Shown here: positions 17,755 through 27,374 of the stretch, piece after piece | How positions within the stretch are numbered: the stretch's first letter is position 1 | How the letters are laid out: each line of letters opens with the position of its first letter | Source: an uncultured Planctomycetia bacterium | GTDB lineage: Bacteria; Omnitrophota; Gorgyraeia; 2-02-FULL-51-18 | Reading direction: 5' to 3' | NCBI GenBank assembly: GCA_964431835.1 | Contig: CAYSKO010000002.1 | Location: 22,802 to 86,801, forward strand | Length of the DNA stretch: 64,000 nt | Made by a program: the position numbers and the translations under genes | Notes under the pieces: generated by a model | The model's database searches: none | Told to the model about the DNA's origin: nothing | What the model saw: only the letters and a program-made list of their open reading frames with translations

Positions 17755-18101
17755 AACTCTCCTCGGCGCGTGGTCTTACGCTCGTCGAGATCGTGATATC
17801 CGCTCTTCTTATTTCGACCGTCATGGCGCTTCTTTTGAACGCGTTCGTAAACGCCAGTAAATGGATTTCTCCCGAGAACAACATCGCTCACGGCCTCGCG
17901 CGCGAGAAATTGGAGAATCTTCTGGAAGAGGTCCGCCAGGACCGTTGGGACGACGCGGCTCGGCGCCTGCATCCCGATTACGATCCGCCGTCCGAAGCTC
18001 TCACGTTGAACGCCGTCGCCTACACGCGCGACTACGACGTGGAGGCTGTGACCGGGAGGCCCTACCGCAAAGCGAAGGTGACCGTCCAATGGCCTTCTTA
18101 A
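17751..18101 (+). CDS. Minor (pseudo)pilin, prepilin-type N-terminus
   Basis: MKLSSARG then LTLVEIVISALLISTVMALLL (Gly-1, Glu+5). Confidence 0.65.
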   Translation: MKLSSARGLTLVEIVISALLISTVMALLLNAFVNASKWISPENNIAHGLAREKLENLLEEVRQDRWDDAARRLHPDYDPPSEALTLNAVAYTRDYDVEAVTGRPYRKAKVTVQWPS

Positions 18102-18733
18102 AATCTTCCCGCGGCGTCACGCTGGTGGAAATCGTCATCGCGGTTCTCCTCATCTCGGTGATCTTCCTCGGGTCGACGACGGTCTACGTGACCGCACTCA
18201 AATTCTTCAACGCTGTCCGCGACAAGTCGCCGCAGGTTTACGGCTTTCTCGCCGCCGAGACGGTCGTCCGGAAAGTCGCGGTCGCGAGTGAGGCTATCGT
18301 GAACGACTCGGGCTCCTCGAACGGCGCGTCGACCTTGGACGCGGATGGCCTGAACTACGTGACCGGTAAACAGATCAAGATCCGCTGGGATTTCACCCTC
18401 GCTGATTGGACGCCGCTCAACACGCCTTCCAACACCGCGGACGATACGTGGGTGAAATACAAGATCATCGAGAATCCCGGCGGTTCCGGGACCTACCGAC
18501 TTTACACGCGCAAGGACGCGAGCGTCACGGCCGACGTCACGACCGCTGACGAAGAAGTGGACACGCTTCTCACGCTAGGAGCCAATTCCGTGTTCCGCCT
18601 TTCAAGCCCGAGCGGCAACGCCGAAGGTGCGGCGACCACGGTGGATGTGCATCTGGAAACCGTCGGAGGCAGCTCGTCCCAGACGGTCGTGATCCATACC
18701 GACACCGCCGTGGGCGGGGGCGCCAAAAGATGA
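18089..18733 (+). CDS. Minor (pseudo)pilin, prepilin-type N-terminus
   Basis: MAFLKSSRG then VTLVEIVIAVLLISVIFLG. Start is placed at the internal ATG of the longer ORF-track call (17861), to avoid a long overlap and to give a canonical leader. Confidence 0.65.
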   Translation: MAFLKSSRGVTLVEIVIAVLLISVIFLGSTTVYVTALKFFNAVRDKSPQVYGFLAAETVVRKVAVASEAIVNDSGSSNGASTLDADGLNYVTGKQIKIRWDFTLADWTPLNTPSNTADDTWVKYKIIENPGGSGTYRLYTRKDASVTADVTTADEEVDTLLTLGANSVFRLSSPSGNAEGAATTVDVHLETVGGSSSQTVVIHTDTAVGGGAKR

Positions 18734-19125
18734 AACCGAGACCCTCGAGCGATTCCGGGCTCGTCCTCACGATCGTCGTAATCACGATCCTCATGATGCT
18801 CGGGCTTGTGGCCGCCGTCCTCAGCCTGGCGGCGAACCAGCGCCTCCTTTCCGACGAATTGAGCTCCCGGCACGTGCGCGCCTATTACCGGGCGAGGGGA
18901 GGGGTTGTGGAGGCTCGCTGGCGCATCCGGAACGACCAGACTGCGGACATCGGGGGAGGCGGGACGTTCACGAACGCCGCCTATAATCCGGCCCCTTACT
19001 TCATCGATCTCGACGCGAACGCCGTCCACACCGCACGAACGGACGACGACGACGTGCGCGTGGACATCGGCGCGTTGGATGCAGCGACGGGCGTGCGCCC
19101 GGTCGAGGTTACGGGCTTCGAATAA
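18730..19125 (+). CDS. PilX-N-terminal-domain-like minor pilus protein
   Basis: GLVLTIVVITILMMLGLVAAVLSLAANQRLLSDE resembles the PilX_N hydrophobic segment. Last gene of the overlapping operon. Confidence 0.45.
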   Translation: MKPRPSSDSGLVLTIVVITILMMLGLVAAVLSLAANQRLLSDELSSRHVRAYYRARGGVVEARWRIRNDQTADIGGGGTFTNAAYNPAPYFIDLDANAVHTARTDDDDVRVDIGALDAATGVRPVEVTGFE

Positions 19126-19153
19126 TAACCTTTAATAAACCTGTTGCAAACCA
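19125..19153. repeat. Copy B of the conserved AT-rich motif (AACCTTTAATAAACCTGTTGC), immediately after the minor-pilin operon
   Basis: Same 12-mer plus CTGTTGC as at 13336-13354. Confidence 0.5.
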
Positions 19154-19219
19154 CATGGATTTCCTTTACTTTAATCGCATGCTCGCCCGCCTAAGCACCT
19201 CGCCGGAACGGAAGGACTC

Positions 19220-20011
19220 TTGAGCAAACGGACATGGGCCGTCTTTCTCGCGGCCACCACATTCCTCATCACCGGATTCACCATCTTCCTCCTTTATAAC
19301 AGCCGGGAGGCCGAGAAGAAGATCCGCGTCCAGAAGGAGGTCGAGCTTTCCAAGAAGATGGTGGAGCTCACCGAGAAGCAGGGGCAGATATCCACTCTCC
19401 TCAAGCAGAAGCTCGATCTCGAAGAACAGTTCCACGTCAAGATCGCCTCGCTCGAGACGACCATCAAGGATTATGAGGAAAACTCCAAGGCCGCTGCGGC
19501 GCGTATGGAGGCGGTGCTCGAGGAGAACGAAACCCTGAAGCGCGACTTATCCGCGCGGGACAAGAAGATGTCCGACCTGACCCGCCGCATGCGCACTCTT
19601 GAATCCGACAAAACGGACCTTCTCGAATCCCTTTCCAAGAAGGCCACCGCGAAGGCCACCGAGAACGCTTCCTCAGCCGTCCCTGCCGGAGACGAGCGTC
19701 CCGCCGTGACGGGCGATTTCGGCGCGCCCGAGGTGAACCCGGTGAAGCTCGGCAAGATCGTGGTTCAGAAATCGTCCGGCCGCGCGGCGCGGGTCGAACA
19801 CATTGACAAACTTTACGGATTCATCGTCATCAACGCCGGCGCGAAGGACGGTCTTCGTGCGAATTCGGTCGTGAACATCGTCCGCGGGAACAAGCTCATC
19901 GGCAAGGCGGTCGTTCAAAAGGTACGCCCCGACATCTCGGCCGCGACGGTGATGTCCGAATGGACGCGCGACGAGATCAAAGTCGGCGACATGGTTAGCC
20001 GGTTTTCCTAA
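19220..20011 (+). CDS. Membrane-anchored coiled-coil protein with a C-terminal beta-rich domain (hypothetical)
   Basis: N-terminal TM, about 130 aa of heptad-rich coiled coil, and a C-terminal domain KLGKIVVQK...VVNIVRGNKLIGKAVVQKV. Confidence 0.45.
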   Translation: MSKRTWAVFLAATTFLITGFTIFLLYNSREAEKKIRVQKEVELSKKMVELTEKQGQISTLLKQKLDLEEQFHVKIASLETTIKDYEENSKAAAARMEAVLEENETLKRDLSARDKKMSDLTRRMRTLESDKTDLLESLSKKATAKATENASSAVPAGDERPAVTGDFGAPEVNPVKLGKIVVQKSSGRAARVEHIDKLYGFIVINAGAKDGLRANSVVNIVRGNKLIGKAVVQKVRPDISAATVMSEWTRDEIKVGDMVSRFS

Positions 20012-20065
20012 AGTCCGGGGCCGCCTCCCTTGTCCGGCGCCCTTTTTCGTGGTTTACTTCTTAAG

Positions 20066-20776
20066 ATGAAACTTCCCCCCTTAGCCTCCGCGCTCGCGGC
20101 CGTCACTACTCTTGTTTGCGTCTCCATGCCCGCTTTCGCGGACGTCGTCCGCCTCAAGAACGGGCGAGACCTTTCCGGAACCGTTTCCAAGGCCAACGAC
20201 GGCACGCTCGCGCTTGCGATCGCCGGCGGCGTCGTAAAGCTCGATCCGGAAGACGTCGAATGGACGGTCCGCGGCACGGACGAGGAAATTGAGGGCAAAC
20301 GCCGCGCGGCCTCTCAGTACGAGCGCGCCGAGCTGGCACGCGAAGCGGGGAATTGGGTCGTGGCAGCCGAAGCGTACGAGCGTGCCGCCGAACTCACGGC
20401 GAGCGCCGATCTTTTGAACAACGCAGGCACGGCCTGGGCACAGGCGGGGAACATCGACCGCGCCGTGCCGCAATTTCGCCGGGCCCTTTCCGAGAATCCT
20501 TCCCATGCGGCCGCGCGGCGCAATCTCGCAGCGGCTCTCCGCGAACGCGGCGCGGCGTCCTACGCCAAAGGCGAATTCGAAGCCGCGCTCCTTTTGTGGC
20601 GCGAGGCGTTGAGGCTTTCCGGCGGCGGCGCCGATCTTCTGAACGACTTGGGCTCTTCGCATGGCATGCTCGGCAACCGTGCGGCCGCCGAGCGCTTCTA
20701 CAAGAAGGCGCTCCGCGTCGCGGCGGGCCACGGGACGGCCTCGCGGAATCTGCGTACGCTGGCGGGGAACGCGTGA
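20066..20776 (+). CDS. Secreted TPR-repeat protein
   Basis: Signal peptide MKLPPLASALAAVTTLVCVSMPAFA; TPR-like Ala-rich helical repeats. GTGA overlap with the next gene. The ORF-track start at 20030 is an alternative. Confidence 0.55.
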   Translation: MKLPPLASALAAVTTLVCVSMPAFADVVRLKNGRDLSGTVSKANDGTLALAIAGGVVKLDPEDVEWTVRGTDEEIEGKRRAASQYERAELAREAGNWVVAAEAYERAAELTASADLLNNAGTAWAQAGNIDRAVPQFRRALSENPSHAAARRNLAAALRERGAASYAKGEFEAALLLWREALRLSGGGADLLNDLGSSHGMLGNRAAAERFYKKALRVAAGHGTASRNLRTLAGNA

Positions 20777-21942
20777 AACGCGCCCGCGGGTTCACGCTCG
20801 TCGAGATTCTGATCGCCGTCACGGTGCTCGGCGTGCTGACGGCTCTGGCGTCCATCACCTATTTCCGCCACCGCGAGAACGCGATTCGCGCCGAGGCGCT
20901 CATCAACATGGACGCCATCCGCCGCGCCGAGCTCCTCGAGCACGAGGCGACCGGGACCTACGCGAACGCCGGCGACACCGCCGCGATCAACGGCCAGTTC
21001 GGCCTCGGCATCACCGAGCATCATTATTCCTACAGCGTGGTCGACGCCACCGACAACGATTTCCGGATCGTCGCCCAGAGACTCGGTTCACTGGGGGACG
21101 AGGGCTTGCCGGTTCTGCTGGCGATGGCACCGAGCGGGGAAATATTCGGAGCACCGGTGCCGCCCGCGGTGCCAGAAGCTCCCGGAGTCCGTCCGACGAC
21201 GTCCGGCGGCGGGTCCGCCGGCGGCGTTTCGTCCGGAGGCGGAGGCGGCAGTGGCATGCCTTCCGGCCAAACCGGAGGTGGCGGCGCCACGGGACGCACC
21301 GGTGGCGGCTCGGTCAGCGGCGCGGCGGGGAACGTGCCGGGAGCCGGCGGCGACCGGCCGCTCGTGTACATTCCGCGGGGTCTCGACGTCTGGGACAACT
21401 GGCCCGACGAAAACGAGATCAACGTCGACGGTCCCGTCGGTGAAGCCTCGCTTCTCGAGGCCTTCACGCTGATACAGAACGAATCGTCGACTTCCGCCAC
21501 GACCGCGGATCTTTTCCGAAAAGCAGTGTCCATTTCGTTTGGCGCGGCGGCGCTCTTCTTGGAAGACGCGCCCTGCGAATTCGCTTACGCCTGCTTTGTT
21601 CCGTCTCCTCTTTCGGTGCCGCCGGATACGCCCGCTCCACTGCCGCAGATTCTCTTCAACCCGGATTACGTCGATGAGGAACCCGAAGCGCTCGCCGCGA
21701 TCCTCGTCCACGAGGGCACTCACCTCCAGCAGTATCTCGACGCGACTCTCTTCGACGACGAGTTGGACGTGATCGACATCGAGTTCACCGCTTTTTGGAA
21801 TTCGGCTGTTTACTGGAAAGAAGTCCGCGCCGAGCAGCTGCCTGCGGACACCGACCTCGAAGAGGATTTGGAATTCATCTACCAGACGGCCCTCCTGGGC
21901 GAGGCCGCCATGCGGGCTCTCATCGACGCGCGTTACCCGTGA
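20773..21942 (+). CDS. Prepilin-type protein fused to a Gly-rich linker and a C-terminal HExxH (putative zinc metalloprotease-like) domain, GTG start
   Basis: VKRARG then FTLVEILIAVTVLGVLTALASITYF (canonical class III signal). About 60 aa of Gly/Ser-rich linker. C-terminal domain carries HEGTHLQQ and downstream acidic residues (DIEFTAF). Confidence 0.65.
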   Translation: MKRARGFTLVEILIAVTVLGVLTALASITYFRHRENAIRAEALINMDAIRRAELLEHEATGTYANAGDTAAINGQFGLGITEHHYSYSVVDATDNDFRIVAQRLGSLGDEGLPVLLAMAPSGEIFGAPVPPAVPEAPGVRPTTSGGGSAGGVSSGGGGGSGMPSGQTGGGGATGRTGGGSVSGAAGNVPGAGGDRPLVYIPRGLDVWDNWPDENEINVDGPVGEASLLEAFTLIQNESSTSATTADLFRKAVSISFGAAALFLEDAPCEFAYACFVPSPLSVPPDTPAPLPQILFNPDYVDEEPEALAAILVHEGTHLQQYLDATLFDDELDVIDIEFTAFWNSAVYWKEVRAEQLPADTDLEEDLEFIYQTALLGEAAMRALIDARYP

Positions 21943-22571
21943 CGCGTCGGACCGCGATCGTCGGCACCGCCGCCGCGCTCGTTCTTCTCGGGTTCTTTTC
22001 GCTCGCCGCCCTCTTCTGGCCTTCGTTTCCCGGCAAGTCCGATTCCCAGTCGTACATCCGGTGGCGCGGCGACAAAGAGCCTTTACACGTTTCGTTCGAC
22101 GTCCCCGAAGGGTGGCGCTTGGCGCTCGACCGCGGCCGTATCGAGCGTTTCGAGCAGGTGCTCGTGAAAGGCCCGCGCAACGCCGACGATACCTATTCGG
22201 CCCTCCTCGTCGTGCGCGCCACGCCGTCCGCTTCAAAGGGCGGCAAGTTCGCTGGCGCACGTGAGTTCGCCGCCGACTACCGCCGCCACCTGTACACCGG
22301 CCATTCCGTCGTGGCAGACCGCGCGTCGCGCGTGGCAGGGGAGCCCGCGATCGACCTCACGGTCGCGTACGTCGTGCCGCCCTTGCGCGTCAAACCGGCG
22401 CGTGGAGAACCTCTAAAGCCCATCCCTGTTCCGGTGCAAAGCCGGACCGTCTTCTTCGAGCGCGGCGGCTGGATTTACGAACTCATCCTCTCCTCCGATC
22501 GCCGCGAATTTGCCGCTCACGCTCCGAACTTCGAACGCCTGGCGGAAAGTTTCCGCTTCGGCGACTCCTAA
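21939..22571 (+). CDS. Membrane-anchored hypothetical protein, translationally coupled (GTGA) to the pilin-HExxH gene
   Basis: GTG start; N-terminal TM (IVGTAAALVLLGFFSLAALFW) and an extracytoplasmic domain. Confidence 0.45.
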   Translation: MTRRTAIVGTAAALVLLGFFSLAALFWPSFPGKSDSQSYIRWRGDKEPLHVSFDVPEGWRLALDRGRIERFEQVLVKGPRNADDTYSALLVVRATPSASKGGKFAGAREFAADYRRHLYTGHSVVADRASRVAGEPAIDLTVAYVVPPLRVKPARGEPLKPIPVPVQSRTVFFERGGWIYELILSSDRREFAAHAPNFERLAESFRFGDS

Positions 22572-22610
22572 GGCTATACACTCCCGCCGTCGGGCGTTAT
22601 AATACCGACC

Positions 22611-24638
22611 ATGACAACGAAAAAATACGTCCTGAAGGGCGGCACGCACGACCCCGGCCTCTTCAGCATCGATTACAAAAAAGAGCTCAACGACGCCCAG
22701 TTCGGAGTCGCGACTGGCGGTGAGGGGCCGTGCCTCGTGCTTGCGGGCGCCGGAAGCGGCAAAACGCGGACGCTCATTTACCGCGTGGCGTACCTCCTCG
22801 AGCGCGGCACCCGCGCGGACGAGATCCTTCTCGTTACGTTCACGAACAAGGCAGCCCACGAAATGCGCACCCGGGTCGAGGCGCTTCTGCAGGGGAAGGC
22901 GAAGGGCCTCTGGTGCGGGACGTTTCACCACATCGGAAACCGGATCCTTCGCATGCACGGTCAGCACATCGGACTCCATCCGAGTTTCGGTATCCTGGAC
23001 GACGAGGACAGCCGGGATCTCGTGAAAGCGTGCGTGAAGTCGCTCGATATTCGCACCGGAGACGCGCGTTTTCCGAAGCCCGGCGTCGTTCAGTCGATCT
23101 TGAGCTTCTCGGTGAACGCGAAGATGCCCGTCACGGACGTCGTCTACCGCAATTACCCCTATTTTTCACCGTACGTGAAAGACTTCGAGAATATCAAGAC
23201 GCTCTACGACGAGAAGAAGAGGAAGACCGGCAATCTCGATTTCGACGATCTCCTTGTCCGGTGGATCGAACTCGTGACGACGTCGGAAGCCGTACGCGAA
23301 CGCCTGTCGTCGCAGTTCCGTTACGTGCTGGTCGACGAGTACCAGGACACGAACCGCCTTCAGCAGGAGCTCGTGCGCGTGGTCTCCTCGCGCCACAAGA
23401 ACCTCCTCGTCGTCGGCGACGACGCGCAGTCGATCTACTCGTTCCGTGCGGCCGACGTGAAAAACATCCTCAATTTTCCAGAAACTTTTCCGGGTGCGTC
23501 CATCTGCAAGCTCGAGACGAACTACCGTTCGACGCGTTCCGTCCTCGAGCTCGCCAATCACAGCATCAAGCACAACGTGCACCAATTCCCGAAGAACTTG
23601 AAGAGCGTGCACGGCGAGGGCCAAAAACCGCAGTTCGTGAAGGTGCGGGATTCGCGTCAGGAAGGCGCCTTCGTCGCCCAGCGCATCCTGGAGCTCAAAG
23701 AAGCCGACGTCGACTTCGCGAACGTCGCGGTGCTTTTCCGGGCGCGCTACCAGGCGGCGGAGCTCGAAATGGAATTGGCGCGTCGGGGAATCCCGTACGT
23801 CATACGCGGCGGCGTCCGCTTCTTCGAACAAGCGCACATCAAGGACGTGCTTTCTTATCTTAAGCTCCTTGTGAATCCGATGGACGAGATCTCCTGGACG
23901 CGCGCGCTCACGCTCCAGCCGGGGATCGGCGGGGGATACGCCGAGAAGATCTTCCGGCTCGTCGAACAAGCGGGCGGGGACCTGACAATCGCAGTGGCGC
24001 CCGAATTCGGGCAGCAGCTGCCCGCGAAAGTACGCGACGGGCTGAACGGCTTCAAGAAAACCGTCCGGTCTCTCTTGCGTGACGACAAAGAGGAGCGTCC
24101 CGACACGCTCGTTGAACAGGTGCTTGAGAACGGCTACAACAAACACGTCCTCATGAACTTCGACAACGCCAAGGACCGTCTGGAAGATCTGCGAGAGCTC
24201 GTGAACTTCGCCCACACCTACAAGAGCCTTAAAGAGTTTCTCGCGGACGTGACGCTTCGCGACAGCTTCAAGGGAGAAACCATCCTCGAGGCGGCGCCCG
24301 AAGAAAAGCCGGACGAACTGATCCTCTCGACCATCCACCAGGCGAAGGGCCTCGAGTGGAAGGCCGTTTTCGTGATCGGGCTCTCGGAAGGTCTTTTCCC
24401 GCACGCCAAGTCCATGGAGAAGGAAGACGAGCTCGAGGAAGAACGGCGTCTTTTCTACGTCGCCGTCACGCGCGCGAAAGAAGAGCTCACGCTGATCCAC
24501 CCTATGACCCGGTTCGACTACAGCGCGGGGACCATCATCAGCCGGCCATCCGCGTTCGTGCTCGAGCTCCCGCATCACGTCTACGACGAAGTCGAAGTCG
24601 AGGAGAGCGAGGAAGAGGAAACGATCTACCTTGACTGA
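22611..24638 (+). CDS. uvrD: ATP-dependent DNA helicase, UvrD/PcrA/Rep family
   Basis: Walker A AGAGSGKTRTL, the full set of SF1 helicase motifs and a C-terminal UvrD_C region. Confidence 0.85.
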   Translation: MTTKKYVLKGGTHDPGLFSIDYKKELNDAQFGVATGGEGPCLVLAGAGSGKTRTLIYRVAYLLERGTRADEILLVTFTNKAAHEMRTRVEALLQGKAKGLWCGTFHHIGNRILRMHGQHIGLHPSFGILDDEDSRDLVKACVKSLDIRTGDARFPKPGVVQSILSFSVNAKMPVTDVVYRNYPYFSPYVKDFENIKTLYDEKKRKTGNLDFDDLLVRWIELVTTSEAVRERLSSQFRYVLVDEYQDTNRLQQELVRVVSSRHKNLLVVGDDAQSIYSFRAADVKNILNFPETFPGASICKLETNYRSTRSVLELANHSIKHNVHQFPKNLKSVHGEGQKPQFVKVRDSRQEGAFVAQRILELKEADVDFANVAVLFRARYQAAELEMELARRGIPYVIRGGVRFFEQAHIKDVLSYLKLLVNPMDEISWTRALTLQPGIGGGYAEKIFRLVEQAGGDLTIAVAPEFGQQLPAKVRDGLNGFKKTVRSLLRDDKEERPDTLVEQVLENGYNKHVLMNFDNAKDRLEDLRELVNFAHTYKSLKEFLADVTLRDSFKGETILEAAPEEKPDELILSTIHQAKGLEWKAVFVIGLSEGLFPHAKSMEKEDELEEERRLFYVAVTRAKEELTLIHPMTRFDYSAGTIISRPSAFVLELPHHVYDEVEVEESEEEETIYLD

Positions 24639-25875
24639 TTCCCGGAAAGGCGGCCTCCTCGCGGTCTTCGTGACCGTTCTCATCGATCTCATCGGCTTCG
24701 GGATCATCCTCCCGAATCTTGCGTTCTTCGCGTCGGATTACGGCGCGTCTCCGGTCGTCGTCGGCCTCCTGTACAGCAGCTACTCGGTCGCTCAGCTTTT
24801 CTTCTCGCCCTTCTGGGGCTCTCTCTCGGACCGCATCGGCCGGCGGCCGGTGATGATCGTAAGCACGCTCGGCTCGGCGCTTTCCTACGTTCTTCTGGGT
24901 TTCTCGAACGGCATCGTGGCTCTCTTCGTGTCCCGCATCTTCGCGGGTGCCATGGCGGGCAATATCTCGGCCGCGCAGGCGTACGTATCCGATGTCACCA
25001 CGCCGGAGAACCGCGCGCGCGGCATGGGTCTCATCGGGGCGGCTTTCGGCGTCGGCTTCGTGCTCGGCCCCGCGATCGGCGCGGCGCTCGCGCACGTGCC
25101 TTTCGACGGAGAGCTCGTCGCGCGGTTCCCGCACGCTCCGGTCGGATTTTTCGCGGCAGCCCTTTCGCTTGCGAGTTTTTTCCTCGTCGTCTTCGTGCTT
25201 CCCGAGACCGTCCAGCGGGCCGCTAAGAACGACGCCGCGCGCCCCGTCAAAATGAGCGTCGTTTCCCCGGCGTTCTGGAAGCTCGTGCTCGGCGGGGGGA
25301 GGGGACTGCCCCTTCTTTTCTTCTGCATGTTCATGGCGACGTTCGGGCAAGCCAGCATCTACGGCGCGTTTCCGCTTTATTGCAAGGAACAACTCGGCCT
25401 CTCGCTGGGCGACGTGGCTTACCAATACGTGTTCGTCGGCGTCCTTTCCGCGCTCGTTCAGGGCGGCGCGATCCGCCCGCTCGTGAAACGGTTCGGTGAA
25501 AATCCGCTCTTCGTCACGGGTTCCGCGCTCATGGCCGCGGGCTTGGCGGCGATCGGGGTCGTGGGTTCCCGCGCCGGTCTCTTCGTTTCCATCGGACTCA
25601 TGTCGATCGGATGGAGCCTCGTCCTGCCCACGCTCACGAGCCTCGTCTCGAAACGTTCCGACGCGCGGCTCTACGGCGCCACGCTCGGCGCGTCGCAGGC
25701 GATGGGCGCGCTTGGGCGCGCGGTCGGTCCGGGATGGGGAGGCTTTTTGTACGGCCTTCACTTCCGCCTGCCGTTTCTTTTGACCGCCGGCCTGCTCGTT
25801 TTCATGGTCGCCGCGAGCGCCGCGTTCGCCGGGTCGCGCGCGAATGTTGACACCGAACCCGCGCATTTGCCATAA
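24631..25875 (+). CDS. MFS transporter (12 TM, drug/H+ antiporter-like)
   Basis: MFS motif GSLSDRIGRRPV between TM2 and TM3. Confidence 0.8.
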   Translation: MTDSRKGGLLAVFVTVLIDLIGFGIILPNLAFFASDYGASPVVVGLLYSSYSVAQLFFSPFWGSLSDRIGRRPVMIVSTLGSALSYVLLGFSNGIVALFVSRIFAGAMAGNISAAQAYVSDVTTPENRARGMGLIGAAFGVGFVLGPAIGAALAHVPFDGELVARFPHAPVGFFAAALSLASFFLVVFVLPETVQRAAKNDAARPVKMSVVSPAFWKLVLGGGRGLPLLFFCMFMATFGQASIYGAFPLYCKEQLGLSLGDVAYQYVFVGVLSALVQGGAIRPLVKRFGENPLFVTGSALMAAGLAAIGVVGSRAGLFVSIGLMSIGWSLVLPTLTSLVSKRSDARLYGATLGASQAMGALGRAVGPGWGGFLYGLHFRLPFLLTAGLLVFMVAASAAFAGSRANVDTEPAHLP

Positions 25876-25887
25876 TCCCGCAACCCT

Positions 25888-26778
25888 ATGAGCGACCAAA
25901 CACCCAAACCCGACAGCGGCCGTAAGCTTTTCTTCGGACTCTTCGTTTTTCCACTCGTCATCGTCGCGGGTATGATCGCGATGGTGCTGACGATCGTGCT
26001 TCTTACGCACGAGGACGAAACCCCTGAGTCGCTCGTGGCCGCCATCAAGACCGGTTCCGAACGCAAGCGCTGGCAGAAGGCGAGCGAGCTTTCGAACGAG
26101 CTGAACCGCCGTAAACCCGGTCCGCGCGACGCGGCTCTTGCCCGCGACATGATCCTCATGCTCGGCGACGCCGCGCGTTACGACGCGAAGACTCGCTCCT
26201 ACATGGCGGCCGCACTCGGCCACTTCAAAGGGGAGGACGGGGTCGAGGAAGCACTCCGCCGCGCTCTTTCCGCGGACGCGGACTCCGAGGTCCGTTTCTA
26301 CGCGCTTTGGTCCATCGGGACGATCGGTTCCAAGGCGGCCATCCCGGACATCCTCTCGCTCCTTCGAAGCGGCGACGAAGCGGTGCGCGTCAACGCGGTT
26401 TACGTGCTGGGCGCCATCGGCGACCCGTCTTCGACTGGCCCGCTCCGCGTGATGCTCGACGACGCGGCGCTGGACGTCCGCTGGAACGCCGCGCTCTCGC
26501 TGGCGCGTCTCGGGGACCCTTCCGGCTTTCCGGTCCTCGTCGCGATGCTCGACCGGTCTCAATTGGAAGGAAAGAGTCTTCCCGAAGACCGCGTGGAACG
26601 CGTCATGATCAATGCCGTCAAAGGTTTAGCCTTGATTCCGGGGGCCGACTCCATTAAAATCTTGGAATCCGTTTCGCGCGGCGAAAAGAATCTCCGTGTG
26701 CGGCAGGCCGCGATGGATGCGTTGGCGTATCAAAAGAATCAGGACTCTGGTAAAATGGGGACTTCCGAAAAGGCATGA
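25888..26778 (+). CDS. Membrane-anchored HEAT-repeat (PBS-lyase type) protein, translationally coupled to the Rieske gene
   Basis: N-terminal TM and repeated ...VR..A..ALG.IGDP... HEAT-like units. ATGA overlap with the Rieske start. Confidence 0.6.
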   Translation: MSDQTPKPDSGRKLFFGLFVFPLVIVAGMIAMVLTIVLLTHEDETPESLVAAIKTGSERKRWQKASELSNELNRRKPGPRDAALARDMILMLGDAARYDAKTRSYMAAALGHFKGEDGVEEALRRALSADADSEVRFYALWSIGTIGSKAAIPDILSLLRSGDEAVRVNAVYVLGAIGDPSSTGPLRVMLDDAALDVRWNAALSLARLGDPSGFPVLVAMLDRSQLEGKSLPEDRVERVMINAVKGLALIPGADSIKILESVSRGEKNLRVRQAAMDALAYQKNQDSGKMGTSEKA

Positions 26779-27362
26779 GCGAACCTACACCTCCCGCGAA
26801 CGTCCAGCCCGTACCCGCGACGCCGAAACCGGCCGTCGCCGCCGTACCGTCGACACCGAACGCCGGTGGCAGCGCGAAAATGGATCGCCGCGGTTTCTTT
26901 TCCTGGTTCGGCTTCGCCTGGCTCAGCTTCGCCGCGGCGACCGGCGGCGCCCTTTCCATCCTCCTCCGTTACCTTTTTCCGAACGTCGTGTTCGAACCGC
27001 CGACCTCCTTCAAGGCCGGCTTTCCCGGGGATTACGAAATCGGCATCGTGGACGAACGCTGGAAGGAAAAGTTCGGCGTCTGGCTCGTCAAGACGGCGGA
27101 GGGGATGTACGCGCTCTCCACGACGTGCACCCATCTTGGCTGCACGCCAAACTGGCAGAGCGGCGAAAACAAGTTCAAGTGCCCGTGTCACGGTTCGGGC
27201 TTCTACAAGACCGGGATCAACTTCGAGGGCCCGGCGCCGCGCCCGCTCGAACGCTACCGTATCCAGCTGGCAGACGACGGCCAAATCATGATCGACAAGT
27301 CCAAAAAATTCCAGCAGGAAAAGGGCGAGTGGAACAGCTCCGAATCGTTCCTTCCTATATAA
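26775..27362 (+). CDS. Rieske [2Fe-2S] subunit of a cytochrome bc-type complex (Tat-exported)
   Basis: Twin-arginine leader MDRRGFFSW; Rieske boxes CTHLGC and CPCHGS. Confidence 0.85.
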   Translation: MSEPTPPANVQPVPATPKPAVAAVPSTPNAGGSAKMDRRGFFSWFGFAWLSFAAATGGALSILLRYLFPNVVFEPPTSFKAGFPGDYEIGIVDERWKEKFGVWLVKTAEGMYALSTTCTHLGCTPNWQSGENKFKCPCHGSGFYKTGINFEGPAPRPLERYRIQLADDGQIMIDKSKKFQQEKGEWNSSESFLPI

Positions 27363-27374
27363 GGGACAGACGCC

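Noticed and set aside
21180-21360. Gly-rich segment in the pilin-HExxH gene as a possible collagen-like or tandem repeat
   Set aside because: There is no regular GXY periodicity or nucleotide-level tandem repeat. It is most simply a flexible linker between the pilin helix and the C-terminal domain.
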